A stretch of 64,000 bases of DNA, from the NCBI GenBank assembly GCA_020435415.1, contig JAGQZQ010000004.1, forward strand, positions 6,234 through 70,233, given 5' to 3'. Below, one piece after another: positions 7,825 to 18,800 of the stretch (position 1 is the first letter of the stretch; each line of letters starts with the position of its first letter). This DNA is from Flavobacteriales bacterium (lineage in GTDB: Bacteria > Bacteroidota > Bacteroidia > JACJYZ01). The notes beneath the pieces are model-generated. The model saw nothing but the letters and a program-made list of their open reading frames with translations. It searched no databases and was not told the origin of the DNA. A program made the position numbers and the translations under genes.

Positions 7825-9849
7825 ATGAAGATGATCCGTAAAAAACAAAGGCTGACCGTAGTTGCTGTATTTATTGCACTGGTTGGTTGGCAGATGGTAC
7901 ACGCCCAGGATACGGTGGGTGTTGTGATTAGTATAACCGATACAACCCCTGACCCGTCTGCAATTCTGGATGTGATGTCAACAACAAAAGGAATGCTTAT
8001 TCCTCGTATGACAACCACGGAACGCGGCGCAGTTTCATCTCCTGCTGATGGTTTGATGGTTTATGATACGGATGAAAGTGCGGTGTATTTTTATAACGGT
8101 ACAACAACTGAATGGGCAAAGGTAGCAGGTGAATTATGGGAGCAGAGTGGAGGTGATATTTACTATACGGGAGGTAATTTCGGTTTGGGTACGGAGACCC
8201 CTGCCTATCGTTTAAGTATTGCGGGCAATTCGTCAATTGCGGACCGCACGATTGCTGTTAATGATACACCAATGGTCTATCTGGCAGCTCAGGGCAGTTC
8301 TCAATTGATAGGTTCGATCGCGTTTGGAAACGGTTTGAGAAGTCTGACTTCCGGATCAGGTAAGTATAACACGAGCGTTGGTATAGGTGCATTGTTTTCT
8401 ACCACCAGCGGTACCCAGAATACAGCTCTGGGTGCAAACAGCCTCCGCTCCAATACGGGCGGAAGTCAGAATACCGGTATCGGATACCAGACGCTTTACA
8501 CAAACACGACAGGTACCAATAACACCGGAATCGGCTATAATGCATTACAATCAAATACTACCGGAAGTTACAATACCGCGGTAGGTATCACTTCGTTAAA
8601 CTCAAATACCACAGGTAACGGCAATACCAGTTTGGGTTCTTTTTCATTGCGGTACAATACCACCGGAACATCTAATACGGGAATCGGTTCCAGTGCATTG
8701 TATAATAATACTACCGGAATTAATAATACCGCTGTGGGCGAAGAGGCCCTGAAAGCCAATACCACCGGCGGACAAAATACAGCGATCGGTGTGGATGCAT
8801 TGATCAACAATACCACCGGTTCCTATAACGTAGCGATCGGATCCTTCACGCTTAATGGAAATACTACTGGTAGTTTGAATGTGGGTATCGGTCCGCAGGC
8901 ATTGTATACCAATAGCACAGGAGTATCTAACTTTGCTAACGGAACCCAGGCATTGTATAGTAACACCACCGGTAACTATAATACGGCGGAAGGTTCATAT
9001 GTGTTATACACCAATACCACCGGCAGCAACAACACCGGCAACGGTTATCAATCGCTCAAAAACAGTACCACCGCGGGAAGTAATACAGGCATCGGTTTTC
9101 AGGCCGGACACGATATCACCACCGGTTCATACAATACCATCCTGGGGAATTTCCCCAGCACCTCTTCCAGCATCACCACCGGCTCGAACAATATCCTGAT
9201 CGGGAATGATGTACGCAACGGCCTTTCGGTGACCAGTTCGAACCAGCTGAACATCGGCAATCTGATCTATGGTACTGGTCTGGGTTCGGCCGGCAGTGTG
9301 CATAACATTCCGAGGGTGGGTATCAATACAGCGACACCGGACACGACTTTTTCCGTGAATGGAAGAGCCTCCATGCAGGGAGGCGGATCCTGGCTCACCT
9401 TCTCAGACAGAAGAGTGAAAAAAGATACAGCCTCATTCACAGACGGCATTGAAACGATCCGCCAGGTGCATCCCATGAAATACAAATACCGGGGCATCTA
9501 TGCGGACACCACCACGGAGTTTGTAGGTGTGATTGCTCAGGATATGCAGTCTGTGGCACCATACACGGTCAAATCACACAAGATCGAAGTGCGTGGCCGG
9601 GATGCCAACATGTTCCAGGAAAAGACCTACATCCGTACGGACAACATATATGTTCGTACGGATACATTGGTGGGGCCCAATGATAGCATCATTTTGCAAC
9701 CGGTACACAGACAGGAGCAGGTATATGAGGTGGATGCATTAAGTTATGATCAGAGTGCATTATTCTATGTTATGATCAATGCACTGAAACAGTTGGATGC
9801 GGAGAATGCAGAGTTGAGAAGCAGGATAGAAGCATTGGAGAACGAATAA
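7825..9849 (+). CDS. Tail-fibre-like surface protein with 17-aa NTxxG repeats and a C-terminal peptidase S74 (endosialidase-chaperone) intramolecular chaperone domain
   Basis: It has a signal peptide and about 16 tandem copies of NTxxGxxALxxNTTGxx. The C-terminus (SDRRVKKD...VHPMKYKYRG...FVGVIAQDMQSVAPYTV... coiled coil ENAELRSRIEALENE) matches the S74 autoproteolytic chaperone domain. Confidence 0.7.
   Translation: MKMIRKKQRLTVVAVFIALVGWQMVHAQDTVGVVISITDTTPDPSAILDVMSTTKGMLIPRMTTTERGAVSSPADGLMVYDTDESAVYFYNGTTTEWAKVAGELWEQSGGDIYYTGGNFGLGTETPAYRLSIAGNSSIADRTIAVNDTPMVYLAAQGSSQLIGSIAFGNGLRSLTSGSGKYNTSVGIGALFSTTSGTQNTALGANSLRSNTGGSQNTGIGYQTLYTNTTGTNNTGIGYNALQSNTTGSYNTAVGITSLNSNTTGNGNTSLGSFSLRYNTTGTSNTGIGSSALYNNTTGINNTAVGEEALKANTTGGQNTAIGVDALINNTTGSYNVAIGSFTLNGNTTGSLNVGIGPQALYTNSTGVSNFANGTQALYSNTTGNYNTAEGSYVLYTNTTGSNNTGNGYQSLKNSTTAGSNTGIGFQAGHDITTGSYNTILGNFPSTSSSITTGSNNILIGNDVRNGLSVTSSNQLNIGNLIYGTGLGSAGSVHNIPRVGINTATPDTTFSVNGRASMQGGGSWLTFSDRRVKKDTASFTDGIETIRQVHPMKYKYRGIYADTTTEFVGVIAQDMQSVAPYTVKSHKIEVRGRDANMFQEKTYIRTDNIYVRTDTLVGPNDSIILQPVHRQEQVYEVDALSYDQSALFYVMINALKQLDAENAELRSRIEALENE
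8371..9190 (+). repeat. Intragenic tandem repeat with a 51-nt (17-codon) period, about 16 copies
   Basis: The repeat units NTGIGYQTLYTNTTGTN / NTGIGYNALQSNTTGSY etc. are seen directly in the translation of 7825..9849. Confidence 0.8.
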
Positions 9850-9882
9850 GATCGCAAAACTATCCATCGCCTATCGCCACAG

Positions 9883-12800
9883 ATGATGTTCCTTACCACC
9901 ATATACCAACGTTTCCTTATTTGTCTGGGATGTTTCTTCCTTCTGACAGGACCCGTGCAGGCACAGCTCAGTAATAATGGGGCGCGCATCAAATTGTATC
10001 ATGGCGTAAAGCTTCAGGTACATGGTGATGTTGTGAACAAGAAAAGCGGAGAGTTTGATCTCCGTGGTACACTTCGCCTGAAAGGAGATTGGACAAATAA
10101 TGCAGATAATCCTGGCTTTAGCGATCAAAGCGGAAATGGTGCCGTAGAATTTTTTGGTGGATACAAGCAGTATGTTACTGGAGTTACCCCGACGGAGTTT
10201 TATAAACTTCGTCTGGGAAAATCCGATAATGCCGTGGAAGCAGATACAACAATCACTATCATGGATAGTTTGTTGCTTTCCGGTGGTGTGCTGATCACTT
10301 CTGCTTCCAATTACCTGATCATGAATGATGACGCCGGTGCCACCGGAGGTAATGGCAGCAGTTTCGTGCAGGGGCCGATGAAAAAGATCGGCGACGAAGC
10401 ATTTACTTTTCCACTGGGAAGAAGAGATAGCTATCAACCGTTGGTCATCACCGCACCCGCTTCCGCCACCGATGCATACGTGGCAGAATATTTTGATTAT
10501 GAACAGGATCTCGGTTTTGAAAAGGATGATTCATTAAACTACCTAAGTACTTGTGAATTCTGGAATCTGAACCGGACATCCGGAAGTTCGGATGTGACCA
10601 TCACCCTCGGATGGAACACGAATAGTTGTGACATTTCCAAATCCTCTGATGTCAGAATCGCCTATTGGCAAGGAGATTCCATATGGGCCAACCTGGGCAT
10701 CGGATCAACTTCGGGAGATGCTGACAACGGTACGATCCAGTCACCCGCTGCAGTGACCGCGTTTGGCTCTTTCACTCTCGCCAGTGTGATCCCCACCACC
10801 AATCTGCAAAGTGCTTTTTGTGATATGGCGGGCCTCACACTCTCGGATACACTCCTTGCTGATACGGTCAGCGGTGTGACCAGTTATGAGTTCTACATTT
10901 TTGATAGCACAGGTTTTGCCAGGTATGTTGTTCGCGATGATGTGTCATTGCCGCTTTCACTGGTCAGCGGATTGAAGTACGGAAGTACATACCAGGTACA
11001 GGTCCGGGTTCTGGTAGGAGAAAAGCTGGGTGCATATGGTGATACCTGTGATATTATTTTTGATGAATTCGCTCCTACTTCATTAACGTCAACATGGTGT
11101 GATGTGGATGATGTCAGCATTGCCGATACCCTCCAGGCCCAGGTTGTGCCAGGCGCGAAAGGCTATGAGTTTCTTGTTGAAGATACAGCTACCGCAGCTA
11201 CTTACAGCAAAACCTATGTGCGTAACAGCAGGGATGGTAAGTTGCCCTTGATTGCTATGGACAGCCTGGAGTATGGTATCACCTATCGTGTGGCGGTTCG
11301 TTATTTTGTGGGTGAGGATACCATTACATGGGGAGATACCTGTCACATTGAACTCATTGATCATCCCCTCACCAAACTGCAAAGTGAATGGTGCCCCGCA
11401 AATGATCTGACACTGGCAGACACCGTGGAAGCAGAGATTGTGCCCGGTGCACTCCACTACCAGTTTTATTTTGAAGATACCGCCACCGGCGCCACATTTA
11501 CTGCCGAGTATACCAATGATACATACCGCCTCGCACTTGACGATGTGGATGGTCTGGAATATGGTGTCACATACCTGGTCACGGCAAAAAGTATTGTAGG
11601 GTTGGACACGTCCGCATACGGCGATACCTGCTACATCGGACTCGATATACATCCCATTACCAAACTTCAGGTGCAGTACTGTGACAGCTCCGGTATCAGT
11701 ATTGGTGATACGCTGCTGGCAGATATCGTAGCTGGCGCAGAGAAATACCAGTTCCATCTGTTCAAAGGTGGGGAGATCGATACCGTATACACCCGGGGCA
11801 ATACCGATGGAAAATTCCCGCTGTCCGATATTCATGCACTTTTATTCGATTCAACTTACAGCATTGCTGTCAGGACCATTGTCGGCACGGATACTTCTGC
11901 ATATGGAGATACATGTATGATAACCCTTCTTGATAGTGTGCCGGTAACAATACTTGACGAGAACGCATGCTATAATTACCAACTGGATTTTGACGATGAA
12001 GTTTATGCCGAACTGGTGCCTGGCGCCTCGGTTTATCAATTCAAAGTGGAGAATGCGGATTCAGCATATAGCGAGACCTATACAAGGGAAAATGCCGACG
12101 GTCTCCTCGACCTCAATGAACTGACGGATCTTGAATACAACGTGCTTTACGATGTCATTGTCCGGGCCGCCATCAATAACGATACCGCACAGTGGGGGGA
12201 TACCTGCCGGATCAAACTTCTGCCCAGGACCCAGCTCATCACGGATGACTGCGATAAGCTCATGAATCTCCAGGATAGCCTGGTGGCGGATACTGTTCCA
12301 CTTGGTACGGGGTATGAGTTTACTTTTATAGATGATACCACCAATTTCCGCTTGTCATATGTCATAGATGCAACACACGGGATTCTGGTGCTGGATAGTG
12401 TTGAAGGCCTCAGGTACAATAAGACCTACCAGGTGCTGGTGCGTACCATCGTGGAAAGTGACACAGCCAACTACGGTGACACCTGCTCCCTGATGCTGAT
12501 CGAGCAACCACTGACCAAATTGATCACGGAAGACTGCGATGTGACAGACTTTGTGATGAGCGATACCCTTGAGGCAGACCCCGTGGTCGGTGCCACTTCT
12601 TATGTATTCTTTTTTGAGGATACCAACTCGGTCGACACCACCGGCTATATCGGAAAAGTGGTGGTGGACAGCACGGATGCGGTGTTGCCCTTGCTGCAGG
12701 CCACGGGACTGGAATACGGTGCCACCTATTATGTGCGTGTCGCACCCATCGTAGGTAGTTATGAAGGCGAGTATGGCGATACCTGTCTGGTTACTTTTAT

Positions 12801-15800
12801 CGAACACCCGCTGACAAATATCAACGAGACATGGTGCGACGTGGAGGACATTACCCTGGCGGATACCCTGCAAGCCGAGGAAGTGGATGGTGCACATACC
12901 TATCAGTTCTTTGTCTGGGATACCGCTGCTGCAGGTACCTACACGGAAACTTTTTACCGGTACAGCTATGACGGACTTCTTCCTTTGCACGATCTCGACA
13001 GTGCCCGTTATGGAATAACCTATGGCGTGAAAGTGGCTACCGTGGTGGGAGCAGATACCTCCGCTTATGGCGATACCTGTTATTTCGGCCTGACCGATCT
13101 TCCCGTTACACAACTTACCGATTACTGGTGCGACTCCATCGGCGTATCCATGGCCGATACCCTGGAGGCGGAAGCCATCGGTGGCGCAAAGACTTACATT
13201 TTCTTCTTCGAGGATACGGTGACGGCCTCCGAATTTATGGTCTCCGATACCATTTTTGATGATACCCCCCGTATACCTTTGTTGGATGTACCCGGGCTGA
13301 AATATGCCACCACCTATGCCGTGAGCGTAAAGGCCGTGATCGGGGGAGATACAACCGCCTTCGGGGATACCTGTCTCGTAAGTATGTTCGATAGCATTCC
13401 GGTGACCAAGCTTCATGACAGTTTCTGTGATTCACTCAATATCTCGCGTGATGCCATCGTGTATTCGGATCTTGTTGTGGGTGCCGATCAATACCTGTTC
13501 ATGCTGGTGGATACCGCAGCGGATGATACGCTTTCTTATATAAGACCCTATGGAGATGGTAAACTGATCCTGGCCGATGTGGAAGGCCTTGCCAATCCTG
13601 TAACCTATGCTGTCAGGGTACGCGTGGTGATGGATGAAGATACGGCCCAGTTCGGTGGAACATGCTACCTTCGAACGGATACGGCCACGCAGTTGGCAGC
13701 ATTGTACTGCGATACCATGAATGCAGGTATTACAGATACCCTTTATGCAGACCTTCTTACCGGTGCCACTGCTTACGGATTTATCCTTGCGGATACCGCG
13801 TCCAGCTTCACCACCACCTGGTGGCGTGACGATACCGATGGCATGCTGCCGCTGGGTGAAGTGGATAGCCTTGAATACGGGACCGTGTACGAGGTTCGGG
13901 TGAGAGCCGTCCTGGGTGGTGATACCACATACTATGGCAGTACCTGTACAATATCTATCGAATCGCATCCCGTTACGAAATTATCAACCACATGGTGCGA
14001 TGCCACGGATGTCGAGATCGGAGATACGCTGCAGGTGGATACCATAGCAAAAGCAAGCGCCTACCTGTTTGCCATCGAGGATACGGTGACCGGGCAGGAG
14101 TTCAAAGCATTCCATATGCGTGATTCTTCCGATGGCAAGCTACCGCTTGTGGATGTGGAGGGATTGACTTACGGTCGTACCTACCTGGTCAGTGTGCAGT
14201 CGATTGTTGGTGAAGAAATCAGTGCCTGGGGCGACACCTGTGAGATAACGCTGATCGAACATCCCACAACCCAACTGAATATTTTTTGGTGCGATAGCAA
14301 TGATATTAGTCTGTCTGATACGTTGGCGGCTGATATTGTACCGGGCGCTTCGATCTATGAGTTCGTGATCGAGGATACGGTGACCGGTGCTACTTACACC
14401 CAAACGCATTTCCGCAACGATGCCGACGGATTGCTCATTCTGGCGGATGTGGATAGCATGACCTATGGCCATACGTACCGTGTGTTTATCCGGACATATG
14501 CCGGTGACGATACCTCCGCATACGGCGATACCTGCCATATCGGTATCATCGACCATCCGACAACACAATTGCAGGAGCAATGGTGCGATAGTTCAGGTGT
14601 TGCGCTGAATGATACGGTAACCGCTGATACGGTCGGAGCAGCCTGGCGCTATGAGTTCGCCATCATGGATTCCGCCACGGCCTTTGCCACCACCTATATG
14701 AATGATGACGGCAATCCATTGCTGTTCCTCGGAGAGGTGGACAGTCTCTTTTATAAAAAGACCTACCTCGTGGCGGTGCGCACTTATGTGGCCGGCGATA
14801 CTTCCGCCTGGGGTGATACATGTAAAATACGGACACCGGATGAGGTGCCGTCCACCACACTTACATCCACCGATTGCAGTAAACGCGACCTTTCACTGGA
14901 TAATGTGCTCTCGGTGGATGAGATCGCCGGGGCCACCCGCTACCTCTTCGAGCTCGAGGACTCGGCCACGGCGGAATTGTTCACTTACATCGACAGTGTC
15001 GGAGGCGGCCTCGTACTGGGTGACATCGAAGACCTCGGTTATGGCAACGCTTATGATGTGTATGTGAAGGTGGTCTCAGGTGCGGATACGTCCGATTGGG
15101 GTGCCGCATGCACCATCGCCATGCTGGCCGATATTCCGGTCACTTCGCTGGATGCAGAGGGTTGCTACGCCGTGAACCTGGATACCACCGATGCGGTCTA
15201 TGCCGAGCCGGTGACCGGTGCCACGGAATACGATTTTCATATTTACAATACAGACCTGGCCTTTGATGAACTGTATACGGATACCACGGGTGCAGGTATC
15301 CTGCCGCTGGATAGCGTTTCAGGCTGGTCTTACGGTTATTCTTACAATGTGGAAGTGCGTTCCCTTGTTGCCGGTGAGCTGTCTTCATACGGCGGAACAT
15401 GCCCCATTACGCTTCTGTCGGATACCACATGGCATTTGTTTACCTGGGCCTCTTCCGCCAACGTGAGTATTGTGGATGGTGACATTACAAAGTCGGGTAC
15501 GGATGGCGACTGGACGGATGCATACGCAATTTCTGAAGACTCCATCGACAGCGGTGGCGACGGCTATGCGGAATTCTCCATGACCACCGAAACGGATACA
15601 TATATTTTCGGTCTTTCACAATCCGGTGCACCTTACGATAGCCTGGATCATGCCATCCTGATCGACAGTGGTGAGGTGTTTGTGATGGAGGCCGGTATAA
15701 ACCTGGGCCTGATGGCCACAGCGGAAGCCGGCGATGTGCTGAGCATCGAACGCATAGGCAGTGAAGTGGTATACAGAAACAACGGAGAGGCATTTTACAA

Positions 15801-18800
15801 TTCTTATCCTAACACCGACCTGGTGCTTCACGTGCAAATTCATCTGTTCAATGATGGCGCTGAAGTGGGGGCGATCGGTGGGTATGAAACACCGGGTCCG
15901 GCATTCCCTCCATGCAACCTGGATATGAACTGGTCTTCTTCGCGGTTCTTCAACGGCTATGGAACCGGCCAGGGCAATGTGATCGCAGAATCGAAAAGTA
16001 TCAGCGATTATATGGGAAGACCCATTCAGGGGCTGGTTAAGAATATGACTGAGAATGTGGTACTGGCTGCCGAACCGATGTATGATGACCTGGGGCGTCG
16101 AGTGGGACAAACACTGCCGGCTCCGATCAACAGCAGCCATCTGTGCTACAAGCAAAAGTTCGTGGTAAACCCGGACGGAGGTAAGTACAATACGAATGAC
16201 TTCGACAATTCCGATGATCATATTGCCCAGGCGGGCACTTATGGTACGGTGAACAACCCGAGGGCCGTTCGGGGCAGTGCTTTTGATATTGGTACACTGG
16301 GGTGGTACTACAGCGATAACAACACCCTGGAGTCCCACGTGGATGTGAGCAGCTATCCGTATTCCCGGGTGGAATATGATGACAACAACCCGGGCCAGGT
16401 CAAACGGGTCTCGGCAGTAGGCGATGAGTTGCGAATGGGTAAGGGACGTGAAGGTGTGGCCTTCTCCATGCCCGCTTCCGGTGAATTGCACTATGTCTTC
16501 GGTTATGCCAACGGGTGGACCGTAGATTACTTCGATACCCACGGCACGCCGGTGGCCGGGAATTTCCAGGCAACCTACAAGGTGATGAAGCATATCTCCG
16601 TGGACCCGAACGGCATCGAAACGGTGAGCTTCACCGATTATGACGGCAAAATGGTGGCTGCCTGTCGCAGCGGCAGTGTGGATGGCGCCAACGTACGGAC
16701 ACAGAAAGTACAGGAGTCGTTCCAGAAAGGAAAGCGTTGCATCGACATTCACCTGCCGGAAGGTTGCGAGTCGTCGCTGGAGCTGACTTCCGGCCAGGAT
16801 CTTATCTACAACATCCTTGACCTGGAAACCGATGAGCTCGTGAAGGTCAACGGATCCGTGAACTTCAGCGGCGGAAAACCATACCTCGACCCCGGCTTCT
16901 ACCGCATCATTCATGTAACGGATTACAACGACTACAGCGGTGCGCTTCCGGTGACCTACAACCTGAACTACCACGACTTCACCGCTTACTATTATGACCG
17001 GGCCGGTCGTCTGTCCTCCATCATTCCGCCTATTGGCATCGATGATACTTATGACCCTAAATCCGTTGTGGTAAGCAAGCGGAAGAAAAGCGAAAGTTTT
17101 AATGCCGGCAGTGGTATGTGGGGAGTCAGCAACAAACAGGCTGCCGGTTTTACACTGGATCTTGCCACTGCCGTTGATCCGTCCGGAAGTTCGTTTGCCA
17201 ACCTGGTCGTGACCCTGTCCAAATCCAACGTGGTCATATCCGATCCGCAAAACCCCGGACTCACTTCCGGCAGGTTAGCCTTCGGCACGACCACGGTGAA
17301 TACAGTCCCTTCGGATGTGACCGGTTTCGGGGTTATAGATGAAGATGATCCGCTGGCCCAGGGACCTGATCCGGGATGTGATTGCGGTCCGGGTGCCTGG
17401 TGCTTCACCGGTAGTGAGGCGGCGGCCATCAGTGATGCGGAAAACAAATGTTCCCGCATGGGGGCATGGGGCAAAGAAGCCATTGCCATTGACCGTGGAA
17501 GTGGTGAGTGGTGCCTGGCCTGCGGTGCTGACAAACCCATACCGGAAGGGCCCAAGTATGAGATCGAGGTGGCGCTGTACTGCAATGATGCACAGGGTGC
17601 ACTTATCCGGGATGACCTCGTCTTTTACGCCTATCACCATGAAGGTAAAACACCCGAATGGACCTTCCGGAGTGATCCCAATAGCCTCGGTACCAACACC
17701 GCTGCCGTTGAATGGGCTGTCATCGATCAGGACCTGATGGAAACCACCACCCAGGTTTATGTAAAAGTGGTTTCTATGAAGGAGTTTGATTATACCATCG
17801 GTGGAAAACTTGAAACCTTCGACTACGATCTGCTGGACGGTATGAAACTGTCTCTGAATGCCTCGGTGCATAACATCCCCGGCCTGCCGCAACATGCCCA
17901 GGCCACGCATTTTGAGTACAATTCCCTGGGCCAGCAATTGTCTTCCGTGACACCCGATGAAGGGAAAACGGAATTCGTGTACCGGAGGGACGGACAGATC
18001 CGTTTCTCACAGGATGCCCGTCAGGCTTCTGAAGATAAGTTTACCTACTTCAGCTACGATCGTTTCGGCCGGTTGGTGGAGTCAGGTGAATATGAATCTC
18101 CTTCATCCGGTGCGGGTGTCTACTTCCAGAACCATCAGGGGGAACACAGTGCACCCGGAGGTTGCAGTCCGTGTACCGCCGCAACGGATGCCTCCGTGCT
18201 GGAAGTCCTTGACGGACTGAACGACAGCTACTGTTCCGAAGTGATCACCACAACTTTTGATGTGGCGGACGATGCCGGCATCGCATCTGTGAATACGGAA
18301 CTCGGAAGCACATACAGCCAACGCTACCTTCTGGGCAAGGTCTCCAAAACAGAAAAGGAAGGCCTGTCCACCACATGGTACAGCTATGATGAACAGGGCC
18401 GTGTGGAATGGACAGCCCAACAGGTGGAAGGCATGACAACTTCCGGTACCGGTCACAAATTGCTGACCACCAACTATACGTACAACCGCTCCGGAACGGT
18501 GAGCGAGGTGGAATACCAGCAGGAGAGCTCAGGTACGGACAACGAACGTTTCGTGCACCTCTATGAATACGATAAGGACAACCGCCTCAGCGAAGTGGCA
18601 TCCCGGCGCTATGACCAATATGGCGCCAGCCTGGGTGACCATGCGGAAGCGACCTATGCCTATTATGTGCACGGTCCGCTCAAACGCACCGAACTGGGCG
18701 GCGATGTCCAGGGCATCGACTATACCTACAACATCAACGGCTGGCTGAAAGCCATCAACCATCCTGATCTGGATGCCGGAAAAGACCCCGGGCGTGATGG

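Noticed and set aside
7825-9849. Diversity-generating retroelement target in the repeat-rich tail-fibre gene
   Set aside because: There is no reverse transcriptase gene and no template-repeat/variable-repeat pair anywhere in the window. The repeats are ordinary structural repeats.
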